Origin: Candidatus Zhuqueibacterota bacterium
GTDB taxonomy: Bacteria; Zhuqueibacterota; Zhuqueibacteria; Oleimicrobiales; Geothermoviventaceae
NCBI GenBank assembly: GCA_034506315.1
Contig: JAPDPT010000003.1
Coordinates: forward strand, 10,878-74,877
Direction: 5' to 3'
DNA: 64,000 nt
Positions 37,903 through 46,356 of this stretch are shown here, piece by piece. Positions within the stretch are counted from its first letter, which is position 1; every line of letters begins with the position of its first letter. The notes under the pieces were generated by a model. That model was not told where the DNA came from. It saw only the letters and a program-made list of their open reading frames with translations, and did no database searches. Made by a program: the position numbers and the translations under genes.

Positions 37903-40891
37903 CCTTGCGGTGTTGGTCGGGCTCGGGCTTCTGCCTTGCCTGGGTCTGGCCCAGGGTATCATCCGGGGCACGGTGAGAGACTCCGTCACTGCAGAACCCC
38001 TTGTGGGGGCCAACGTGTTTCTGGTGGGCACCGGCTTCGGGAGCTCCACCAACCTGGAAGGGGAGTATGTGATTCCCCGGGTTCCGGAGGGTTCGTACAC
38101 GCTGCGGGTGTCGTTTATCGGCTACAAGCGCAAGGACATCCCGGTCCGAGTGGAGGCGGGGCGCGTTCTCCGGATCGATGCGAAGCTTGCGCCCGATGTG
38201 CTCCAAGGTCAACCGGTTGTGATCACCGTGCAGGCCATCGGGCAGGCCGCGGCCATCAACCGACAGATCACGGCCAACACGATTATGAATGTAGTCTCTG
38301 AGGAACGAATCCAAGAGCTTCCGGATGCCAATGCGGCCGAGTCCCTAGGCCGCCTGCCGGGAGTGTCAATCCGGCGGTCAGGCGGTGAGGCCAATAAGAT
38401 TGTCCTGCGCGGACTGAGCGACAAGTACTCCGCGGTGATGGTGGACGGAGTCCGGATCGCTCCGACCGACGCCGACGCCCGCGGTGTGGATCTCAGCACG
38501 ATCTCGCAGGGGTCATTGGCGGGGATTGAGCTGTACAAGGCCCTTACCCCCGATAAGGACGCGGACGCGATTGCGGGCAGCGTGAACTTTGTGACCAAGC
38601 GAGCTCCGATGCCGCGCCTCTTGCGCTTGGACGGCAGGGGTTCCTACAATCATCTGAAGCGCACCTACGACCAGTACGACTGGGTCCTCCGCTACGGTCA
38701 GCGCTTCTTCGGCAACGTCTTCGGCGCGCAGCTGTCCGCCAACGTGGAGAAGCGGGACCGCAGCAAGGAGAATATGAGCCTGGAATATGACCTACGAGGC
38801 ATTGCCGGCGGCACCGATTACGAAATCACCAACTTCACCCTGAACTACACGGATGAGGTTCGCTACCGCCAGGGCATCAGCCTGCTGTTTGACCTGGACA
38901 CCCCGGACGGGGGGACCATCCGACTGAACAACATCTTTAATCGCACGGAACGGAAATTCGTGGAATACCAGCGCAACTATCCCACGACCGGCGAAGAGAT
39001 GTTCTATTCTGCCCGGGATCGGGAGCAGGAGATTCGCACACACGTGGCGTCCCTGACCGGCGACAACTACCTTTGGGGCCTCAATGCCAATTGGGGCCTC
39101 GCATACTCCCGATCCCGTTCCAGCTTCCCCTTTGATTACGAGATCGATTTCACCGAGCCCTCGACTACCGATCCGCAAGGGAATCCGTTGTCCCACATGC
39201 GTCCCGTTCCGGATTCCATTCTCCACGGTCCGCCGGAGCTCATCATCCCCTACGCCCTGAACAACTTCCGTATGGCCTACCTGTACACCGCCTATTTCCG
39301 GGGGGAAAAGGCGAATGATGTGGAGCGGACGGTGTTCTTGAACCTTTCCCGCCAGTACAGTTTGGACAGCCGTCTCTCCGGGGAGGTGAAGTTCGGTGCC
39401 AAGTATCGAGATCGGGCCCGCGACCGCTCTCGATCCGAGTTGTTTTCCCCCTACTACAACGAAGCTTTTGCGGAGTACGTCAAGAAGGATGGCCAGGTCG
39501 TCCCGAAGAACTTCGTGGGGACCCGCTTCGCGCAGCTTGAGAAGACCGGAAATATGATCCTGATGACCAATTTCCTCGACCGCCAGCCGCCCCGGCGCAA
39601 CCTGTTCGGCAAGTACAGTCTTTATCCTCTGTTCAACCGGGATGCGATCCGCCAGTGGTGGGAGCTGAATCGGAATGGTTATCAGGATCCGCAGGGCAGG
39701 AATCCGGAGTACGAGCGCAATCTGGAACCCGATGCCCTTTACTACGACATTACCGAACGCATCACTTCGGCCTATCTGATGCACACGCTGCGTTACGGCC
39801 AGAAGTTGGTGCTTATCACCGGCGTGAGAATGGAGCAGGAGAACAACGATTACCTCTCGCGGAATTCCGTCGGCACGCTGAGCGGCTTCCCTGTGCCGAC
39901 AGGGATGATTCGGGATACGACGGCCACGCACATCGAGACCGTATGGCTTCCGAACGTTCACCTCACCTACCGGCCGGCAGGCTTCGTCGGGATTCGGTTG
40001 GCCGCCTACAAGGCGCTTGCGCGGCCGGACTTCAACTACCGCCTGGCCAGTGTGGTGACAAAGGCCCGGAGCACCTTCTTCCCGGGAAACAACCTCCACG
40101 TCGGCAACACTGGTCTGAAAGCGGCGAAGGCGTGGAATTTTGAGGTGAATACGTCCTTTTACGGAAACAAGATCGGTCTTCTCTCGGTCTCTGCCTTCTA
40201 CAAAGATATCCGGGACATGTTCCATTACATCGACGGCCTTCCTTTCGTTGGGCAACGATCCCTCGACAGCCTCGGGATCAAGGTGCGGAATCCCTTCGGC
40301 AACAACGAGTTCGTCCTCTATTATCCCTACAACTCCACGAAGCCGACCGTCGTGAAAGGGATCGAGGTTGAGCATCAGACCAACCTGCGCTTTCTGCCGG
40401 GGCTTCTGAGTAATCTGGTGCTCAACTACAATTTCTCGGTCGTCCGCTCCTATACCTATATCCCCACGGTGCGAGTGGAGACGTATCAGGTCATCGTGCC
40501 TCCTTTCCCCTATCCGATTAAGCGCACGCGCTACGTCCACGAGGAAAGGAAGCAGAAGCTGGAGGGTCAGCCGGAGTTCTTCGGGAATCTTGCCGTGGGG
40601 TACGACATCGGCGGGTTCTCGATTCGGGTTTCTGTGTTCCATCAGGGCCGTTTTAACCGCACCTTCTCCTCGGACGCGCGCAGTGACCTCGTGCAAAACG
40701 CATTTACCCGCTGGGACGTGGCGGTCAAACAGCAGATCACGCCGCACGTGGCGCTGATCGTGAATCTGAACAATATCACCAACACCCGCGAGGGGACGTC
40801 GGTTCTCAACAGGGTGCAAAAATGGGATCTGCTGAATACAGATGAGATTTACGGATTCACCGCGGATGCCGGCCTCCGCTTCAGCTTTTAG
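37877..40891 (+). CDS. TonB-dependent outer-membrane receptor, SusC/RagA-like (second copy)
   Basis: AAGGAGAG RBS and a signal peptide. CarbopepD_reg domain (GIIRGTVRDSVTAEPLVGANVFLVGT...GSYTLRVSFIGYK), plug and barrel ending LRFSF. Confidence 0.85.
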   Translation: MRIQGVKGSLAVLVGLGLLPCLGLAQGIIRGTVRDSVTAEPLVGANVFLVGTGFGSSTNLEGEYVIPRVPEGSYTLRVSFIGYKRKDIPVRVEAGRVLRIDAKLAPDVLQGQPVVITVQAIGQAAAINRQITANTIMNVVSEERIQELPDANAAESLGRLPGVSIRRSGGEANKIVLRGLSDKYSAVMVDGVRIAPTDADARGVDLSTISQGSLAGIELYKALTPDKDADAIAGSVNFVTKRAPMPRLLRLDGRGSYNHLKRTYDQYDWVLRYGQRFFGNVFGAQLSANVEKRDRSKENMSLEYDLRGIAGGTDYEITNFTLNYTDEVRYRQGISLLFDLDTPDGGTIRLNNIFNRTERKFVEYQRNYPTTGEEMFYSARDREQEIRTHVASLTGDNYLWGLNANWGLAYSRSRSSFPFDYEIDFTEPSTTDPQGNPLSHMRPVPDSILHGPPELIIPYALNNFRMAYLYTAYFRGEKANDVERTVFLNLSRQYSLDSRLSGEVKFGAKYRDRARDRSRSELFSPYYNEAFAEYVKKDGQVVPKNFVGTRFAQLEKTGNMILMTNFLDRQPPRRNLFGKYSLYPLFNRDAIRQWWELNRNGYQDPQGRNPEYERNLEPDALYYDITERITSAYLMHTLRYGQKLVLITGVRMEQENNDYLSRNSVGTLSGFPVPTGMIRDTTATHIETVWLPNVHLTYRPAGFVGIRLAAYKALARPDFNYRLASVVTKARSTFFPGNNLHVGNTGLKAAKAWNFEVNTSFYGNKIGLLSVSAFYKDIRDMFHYIDGLPFVGQRSLDSLGIKVRNPFGNNEFVLYYPYNSTKPTVVKGIEVEHQTNLRFLPGLLSNLVLNYNFSVVRSYTYIPTVRVETYQVIVPPFPYPIKRTRYVHEERKQKLEGQPEFFGNLAVGYDIGGFSIRVSVFHQGRFNRTFSSDARSDLVQNAFTRWDVAVKQQITPHVALIVNLNNITNTREGTSVLNRVQKWDLLNTDEIYGFTADAGLRFSF

Positions 40892-40930
40892 GGGGGGCGT
40901 CGCGGCGGAATCGGCGTTCCGACGCCCGAT

Positions 40931-40946
40931 CGGTGGAGGAGTTGCA
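40931..40946 (+). promoter_or_regulatory. possible sigma-54 (-24/-12) promoter upstream of the beta-helix cargo gene
   Basis: cGGtggaggagTTGCA has the GG and GC dinucleotides at the exact consensus spacing (12 nt), about 36 nt upstream of the ATG. The -24 box matches only through GG. Confidence 0.2.
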
Positions 40947-40981
40947 CAGGTCGTGGAGCTTTACAGCAAAGGGAGGTCGTC

Positions 40982-42634
40982 ATGAAGAGGTGGAAGCATT
41001 GCTACGGGATGGTGGGGATGGCGCTGCTCTTCCCTGCCTGGCTTGCGGCGCAAGATGAGCTCATCATCGAGCCGCCGACCGACCCGAACACGTTCCTCAA
41101 CCGGCAGATCGAAGAGGATGTGAACCGGCCGCCGGGTCGGGTTTACGTCCTCAGGCGCAACGGCATCTACCTGTGGAATGCCTTCCTGACGAACAATGGA
41201 TGGGTGCTGCGGATCAAAGCGGAGGATGGACCAGGCCAGAAGCCCGTCATTTACCTCATCACCGACCCGGCAACGGGCACCTTCCCCACCCACTTCATCG
41301 AGATGGGTGAGGACGTGTACTTGAAAGACATCATCCTCGTCGGTTTCATTGAGTCGTTGCCGGACCAGATCGCGAACAATCCGCCGCGGCTGATCCGTTC
41401 GCGTGCGGCTGGCTTTGACCTAATTCTCGATGGGTGCATCCTGACCCAGTCGCGAGGCGAGCACATCCGACTGGAGCAGGCGACGCGGGTGGTGAAGATC
41501 ACCAACTGCATCTTTGCCAACATGGGCGACCTCGGCACCTCCAACCTCGGCGCCGGCAAGCCGATCGATTTCCGCAATGCGTCCTGCGACTCCGCAATCT
41601 TCATCAACAACACCTTTGTGAACTTCCACGACCGGGTTGTTCGCCACCGGGCCAGTGTGGCGGCGATCAACTACTTCATTTTCGACCACAATACGGTGGT
41701 CAACTCTCTGGGCTTCCACGGGACGCTGGCCCTCGGTTGGCTCGGTCGAGAATGCCGCATCACCAATAATCTGTTCGTGGATCACTTCATTGCCGGCGCG
41801 GACACCGACCGAACGCGGCAGGCGGAGTTTGAGGAACCCGGCGAGATGGACCCGCGCAACGGCTTGGGTCGGATGGCATGGGTCCTCTCTGTGCCGAACG
41901 ACACAACTCACTGGGTCGTGAAGGGCAACTACTACACCGTCAGCCCGGAGGTTCAGGCGTTCTATGACCGGCACGCAGCCGAAGGGGTCCTTGGGGAAGG
42001 TCCGCCCTTGACCCACCACATTTGCAGGAGGCTCGGGGCCGATTCGTCCATGGCGTTCATCAAGGAGGCGATCGAGCTGGCCAACCGGCCACGGCCGATG
42101 GTCAATATGGCGGAATGGTACCGGGATCCGAACGGAGGGAACAAGACCAAGAATACGCCGACCCCGAAGTGGGTCCGTGAGCTGCACGACTACGACCGAC
42201 GTCCCTGGCAGTATTTTGCCGACACGCTTGATTGCAGCTACTCCACGTCCACAGCCGCCTACACCGGAGCCGTGGGTGGCTTCCCGGCAGGCGACCTGAA
42301 CTGGTTCCCTGACAAGAAGAGCCAGTGGGAGGCCTGGGTTACGGCGGTCGAGCAGAAGGCGGAAGTCCCTGCTGAGTTCGGCCTATTGCAGAACTATCCG
42401 AACCCGTTCAACCCGACCACCAAGATCCGCTTCCGCCTGGATCGGCCGGAACAGGTCACCCTGTCGGTCTACGATCTCCAGGGCCGTCGGGTGCGCACCT
42501 TGGTGTCGGGTCGTCTGGAGGCTGGCAGCCACGAGGTGACCTTCGACGCCTCCGGTCTGCCGAGCGGCGTGTACGTCTACAAGCTGTCTGCCGGCTCTCG
42601 GGAAACCGTGCGCAAGATGGTCCTGGTGCGGTAA
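40982..42634 (+). CDS. secreted right-handed parallel beta-helix protein (candidate polysaccharide lyase/hydrolase) with T9SS C-terminal domain
   Basis: Signal peptide. Parallel beta-helix repeats (ITNCIFANMG...AIFINNTFVNFHDRVV...ITNNLFVDH). The T9SS CTD reads LQNYPNPFNPTTKIRFRL...GVYVYKLSAGSRETVRKMVLVR. Confidence 0.75.
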   Translation: MKRWKHCYGMVGMALLFPAWLAAQDELIIEPPTDPNTFLNRQIEEDVNRPPGRVYVLRRNGIYLWNAFLTNNGWVLRIKAEDGPGQKPVIYLITDPATGTFPTHFIEMGEDVYLKDIILVGFIESLPDQIANNPPRLIRSRAAGFDLILDGCILTQSRGEHIRLEQATRVVKITNCIFANMGDLGTSNLGAGKPIDFRNASCDSAIFINNTFVNFHDRVVRHRASVAAINYFIFDHNTVVNSLGFHGTLALGWLGRECRITNNLFVDHFIAGADTDRTRQAEFEEPGEMDPRNGLGRMAWVLSVPNDTTHWVVKGNYYTVSPEVQAFYDRHAAEGVLGEGPPLTHHICRRLGADSSMAFIKEAIELANRPRPMVNMAEWYRDPNGGNKTKNTPTPKWVRELHDYDRRPWQYFADTLDCSYSTSTAAYTGAVGGFPAGDLNWFPDKKSQWEAWVTAVEQKAEVPAEFGLLQNYPNPFNPTTKIRFRLDRPEQVTLSVYDLQGRRVRTLVSGRLEAGSHEVTFDASGLPSGVYVYKLSAGSRETVRKMVLVR

Positions 42635-43095
42635 AGTCAGGTTCGCCGAGACGTAGCAAGAAGGTTCCGGCGAGCCGACTTCGGGGGTGCCGCGAAGCGA
42701 GAAGATCCGGCCCCAGCCAACCCCCTTGCGAGACGGGGACCAGAGGCCGCAACCGATGGGGCCGCTGCGAGGCGGTTCCGCAGGTCTCTGGTCCCCACGC
42801 GGGGGAGGGAACGGATGGGCCCACCGGACAACCCACCCTGGAGAGGTTAACTCAGCGGGAAACTTTGCGCGTTGGAATAGGCTCCCCGGGAGGGAGCCCT
42901 TTCGGCCTGGCCCGCGAAAGGGCCAGGGGGTGTTCCATGCCCCGCCCGCAGTGGTCCAAGGGAGGGCGGGGAGAGGGCCTGTCCCTTTTGGTGAGGAAGG
43001 TTGGGGGCGAGGAACTTTCTCCTTGTCCGGTCGGGGCAAAGTCGCTATCTTGGCACGCGGAGAGAAGCGGGCAGAGAGGAATTGTGAGGGCGCCC

Positions 43096-43221
43096 ATGTC
43101 GGACGTGTGGGTGTTGTGTTGCGGACCCCTTTTCCGGGAGGGAAGGGCAACGGTTTCGCCCTTCCTGAAGGCCTGTTGTCGGTCGGCTTTGCGAGCGGGT
43201 GGTAAGGGGCCGTGTAGGTAG
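43096..43221 (+). CDS. candidate Cys-rich leader peptide (41 aa) of a cysK-cysE attenuator
   Basis: ATG preceded by GAGGG at -6. The peptide is MSDVWVLCCGPLFREGRATVSPFLKACCRSALRAGGKGPCR with 5 Cys including two tandem Cys-Cys pairs. Its stop lies 23 nt before the terminator stem. The call is inferred from arrangement only. Confidence 0.3.
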   Translation: MSDVWVLCCGPLFREGRATVSPFLKACCRSALRAGGKGPCR

Positions 43222-43243
43222 CAGGACACACGGTCAGCCATTG

Positions 43244-43281
43244 GGCCCACCCGCGGAGAAGCAGGTGGGCCTTTTCTTTTT
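43244..43281 (+). terminator. intrinsic terminator 32 nt upstream of the cysK start; alternative antiterminator pairing available
   Basis: Stem GGCCCACC(cgcggagaagca)GGTGGGCC followed by CTTTTCTTTTT. Upstream GCGGGTGG (43195-43202) is perfectly complementary to CCACCCGC (43247-43254), which overlaps the 5' arm of the stem. Confidence 0.6.
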
Positions 43282-43313
43282 CGAGGGAGGCTTGCCAAGG
43301 CGAGGGTGGAGCG

Positions 43314-44237
43314 ATGGGCAAGATTTTCGACGGGATCGAGGAGACCATTGGCCGGACGCCCCTTGTGCGTCTCCGGAGGCTCGTGCCCGATAACGGGGCG
43401 GAGGTGCTCGTGAAGCTGGAGTCCTTCAACCCCATGGCTTCGGTCAAGGACCGCATCGCCGTATCGATGGTGCGTGATGCCGTGCGACGGGGTGTGCTGA
43501 AACCGGGCGGAACTCTGATCGAACCGACTTCCGGGAATACGGGGATCGGTCTGGCCTTCGTCGCGGCTGCCCTGGGGTTCCGCTTCATTGCTACGATGCC
43601 GGAGCACATGTCTGTGGAGCGCAGGAAGCTGATGGAGGCTCTTGGGGCGGAAATCGTTCTCACCCCGGCTGAGTTGGGCATGCGGGGGGCCATCGACAAG
43701 GCGCGGGAACTACAAGCGCATATTCCCAACTCCGTGATCCTTGACCAGTTCAGCAACCCCGCCAACCCAGCCATCCACGAGGAGACCACGGGTCCCGAAA
43801 TCTGGGAGGACACCGGCGGGAAGCTGGATGCCTTTGTGGCCGGGGTAGGTACGGGTGGGACGATCACGGGCGTAGCCCGCTTTCTCAAGCCGAGGCTCCC
43901 CGGTCTGCGGATTTTCGCCGTCGAACCGGCAGGTTCGCCTGTGCTTTCCGGAGGGCAGGCCGGGAGGCACGCCATTCAGGGAATCGGTGCCGGGTTTGTG
44001 CCCGCCATTCTGGAGCGGGAGTGGATCGACGGAATCATCCGTGTACGGGATGAGGACGCCTTTGCCACCGCCAGGCGCCTGGCGCGCGAGGAGGGAATCC
44101 TGGTTGGCATCAGCTCGGGTGCCATTCTCTGGGCTGCGCTCCAGGTGGCCTCACGGGAGGAATTTGCGCACCGGCGGGTCGTGGCTCTCCTCCCTGATTC
44201 CGGCGAGCGCTATCTGTCCACCGAGTTGTTCGCGTAG
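43314..44237 (+). CDS. cysK: cysteine synthase A (O-acetylserine sulfhydrylase)
   Basis: PLP-lysine region NPMASVKDRIA and the glycine-rich loop GTGGTITG; overall CysK family match over 307 aa. Confidence 0.9.
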   Translation: MGKIFDGIEETIGRTPLVRLRRLVPDNGAEVLVKLESFNPMASVKDRIAVSMVRDAVRRGVLKPGGTLIEPTSGNTGIGLAFVAAALGFRFIATMPEHMSVERRKLMEALGAEIVLTPAELGMRGAIDKARELQAHIPNSVILDQFSNPANPAIHEETTGPEIWEDTGGKLDAFVAGVGTGGTITGVARFLKPRLPGLRIFAVEPAGSPVLSGGQAGRHAIQGIGAGFVPAILEREWIDGIIRVRDEDAFATARRLAREEGILVGISSGAILWAALQVASREEFAHRRVVALLPDSGERYLSTELFA

Positions 44238-44258
44238 TTCTTCACGGGAGGGACGGCG

Positions 44259-44909
44259 ATGATTTTCCTGGACGAGATTCGCTCCGCATTCAAATACGAC
44301 CCCGCTGCTCGGAACGTGCTGGAAGTGATCCTCGCGTACCCGGGCGTCCACGCGATCTGGCTGCATCGGATCGCCCATTTTCTTTGGCGGCTCCGGATTC
44401 CCGTGCTCCCGCGCCTGATTTCCCACTTCACTCGCTTTCTGACGGGAATCGAAATCCACCCGGGTGCAAGGATTGGACGGGGTGTCTTCATTGATCATGG
44501 GGCAGGGGTTGTGATCGGAGAGACTGCGGAGATCGGTGACGAGTGCGTCCTGTACCAGGGTGTGACCTTGGGGGGCACGAGTTTCACGAAGGGGAAACGC
44601 CATCCCACCCTTGAGGACCATGTGGTGGTCGGTGCGGGGGCGAAGATTCTGGGTAACATCCGCATCGGCCGTCACAGCCGCATCGGCGCCAATGCTGTGG
44701 TGCTGAAGTCCGTGCCGCCGCACTCGGTAGTGGTGGGGGTCCCGGGACGCATCAAGAAAGTGGCGGGCAGGGAGCCCGAGCCTCTGGAGCACGACAAGAT
44801 CCCGGATCCCATAGCGGAGGAGTTCCTGCGGGCCTACGACCGGATCGAGCAGCTTGAGCGGCTCGTGGAGGAGCTACGGCGTCAGGTGATGCGGGAAAGC
44901 GTGCCCTGA
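44259..44909 (+). CDS. cysE: serine O-acetyltransferase
   Basis: N-terminal SAT helical region plus left-handed hexapeptide repeats ([38 protein letters not shown]). Confidence 0.9.
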   Translation: MIFLDEIRSAFKYDPAARNVLEVILAYPGVHAIWLHRIAHFLWRLRIPVLPRLISHFTRFLTGIEIHPGARIGRGVFIDHGAGVVIGETAEIGDECVLYQGVTLGGTSFTKGKRHPTLEDHVVVGAGAKILGNIRIGRHSRIGANAVVLKSVPPHSVVVGVPGRIKKVAGREPEPLEHDKIPDPIAEEFLRAYDRIEQLERLVEELRRQVMRESVP

Positions 44910-45060
44910 CGGATTTCGCGGCGGAGAGGAGGAGCGAGGAGGCCGCGACCGGGTCGTGCGACGGCCTTGCTTTTCGTCGCCTGCGGGGGTAAATTGCGCC
45001 CGTTGGGAAGGGCGGCCGCTGCGCTTGGCCTGGAGGTAGGTAACGACGTAGGGAGGGAAG

Positions 45061-45789
45061 ATGACCGTCAGGTGTCCCCAGTGTGGGGAATTCGGGGAAG
45101 CCGGAACAGGCTGCCCGTCCTGCGGGACGCCTCTTTCCGATCCGGACGAACCGGCGGGTTCGCTCGGGAACTCGGGTATCGGAAACCCGTGGGACCGGCG
45201 CGAGGAGATCGGTGCATTAAGGGCGTACGGGCAGACCCTGCGGTCGATTCTTCTCTCGCCAAAACTCTTTTTCGCCGCTCTCGAGGGGAGTCGCACGCTG
45301 TGGGGGCCTTTTCTCTTCGGCTTTGCCACGTCGCTGGTCGGAAGCCTTTTTAATCTCGGCTGGCAAGTGGTGTTTTTCCAACGGAACTGGCTTCTTCAAA
45401 CGCTGTTTTCCGAGTCCGGGGTTTCGATGGAAACGGCGGTTCCCGTCCTGGTGTTGATGCTCCCGTTCCTGGTCGCCGCCCAGCTATTCGTCCTTGCGGC
45501 TATCTTGCATCTCATGGTCGCCATTCTGGCGCGTGGGGGCAGGGGATTTGGGGCCACGTTCGAAGTGGTCTGCTATTCCACTGCACCAGACGTGCTGCTC
45601 ATCCTCCCTTATTGCGGCGGAATTGTGGCCATGCTCTGGGCCTTATGGGTTGCCATCGTGGGGCTGCGCGAGGTTCACCGAATTTCAGGAGCAAGCGCAG
45701 CTTTGGCGGTTCTATTGCCTCTGCTGTTCTGCGCAGGTATTTTGGTGACCGCAATTTTTCTGGCCAGTTCGGTGATCCTAGCTCCTTAG
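45061..45789 (+). CDS. Yip1-family membrane protein with N-terminal zinc-ribbon
   Basis: CPQCGEFGEAGTGCPSCGT zinc ribbon followed by a 5-TM Yip1-like region; GGGAGGGAAG RBS. Confidence 0.55.
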   Translation: MTVRCPQCGEFGEAGTGCPSCGTPLSDPDEPAGSLGNSGIGNPWDRREEIGALRAYGQTLRSILLSPKLFFAALEGSRTLWGPFLFGFATSLVGSLFNLGWQVVFFQRNWLLQTLFSESGVSMETAVPVLVLMLPFLVAAQLFVLAAILHLMVAILARGGRGFGATFEVVCYSTAPDVLLILPYCGGIVAMLWALWVAIVGLREVHRISGASAALAVLLPLLFCAGILVTAIFLASSVILAP

Positions 45790-45806
45790 CTCTCCGGGGG
45801 GAGGAC

Positions 45807-46226
45807 GTGCGGGAGGAACCGCGACCGGTGGCGCAGTCTGGGCGTGTCGGCACCAGCGGGACAGAGGGAAAGGATCATGGTCCGGGCTGGATTCTGGGCG
45901 TCTATAGCGCGCTGGCGGCCGGCATTTTGCTTCTCTCGCGGTGGGTGGATGTGCTCTCCGCAGGGCGAGCGTGGCTTTGTCCTTTCCGGGAGCTGACGGG
46001 ATGGCCCTGTCCTTTCTGCCGGGGCCTGCGTTCCGTCGACGCTCTTGCGCACGGTCACGTGTGGAAGGCATTTGGTCAGAATCCCCTCGTCTGCGCAGCG
46101 ATTCTGATCGCGCTGGTGGCGCCTCTGTTTGGGGTCGCGTTTCGACCAACCCCAGCACATGGCTATGGTCGCGTGGCAGGCCTGGTCGTCCTCGCCAATT
46201 GGATCTACCTGATTCTGTCTTCCTGA
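45807..46226 (+). CDS. DUF2752-like small membrane protein
   Basis: CPFRELTGWPCPFCRGLRSVDALAHGH matches the CxxxxxxGxxCPxCG motif of DUF2752. Start set at GTG with a GGGGGGAGG RBS (longest ORF begins 45612). Confidence 0.45.
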   Translation: MREEPRPVAQSGRVGTSGTEGKDHGPGWILGVYSALAAGILLLSRWVDVLSAGRAWLCPFRELTGWPCPFCRGLRSVDALAHGHVWKAFGQNPLVCAAILIALVAPLFGVAFRPTPAHGYGRVAGLVVLANWIYLILSS

Positions 46227-46356
46227 AGGTGGGGTCAGAGCACGACGCTTCTTGCCCCGGGGCGCGGACAGTGGGCACGTGTCTTGCACCTGAAGGGCCG
46301 TGTGGGCGATCGGGGGATGGATTTCCGACGAACCATTAGCTATAGGGACTTGGGAC

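Noticed and set aside
42687-43221. 172-aa and 118-aa ORFs in the cysK leader as real proteins
   Set aside because: G/R/P-rich low-complexity translations typical of GC-rich non-coding DNA. Only the last 41 codons (from the ATG with an RBS) are retained, as a possible leader peptide.
42640-43313. RNase P RNA, tmRNA, SRP RNA or 6S RNA in the long cysK upstream region
   Set aside because: Hallmark motifs (GGAAAGTCCGGGCTCC, the tmRNA T-arm/CCA end, SRP GGAAGGAAGCAGC) are absent on both strands.
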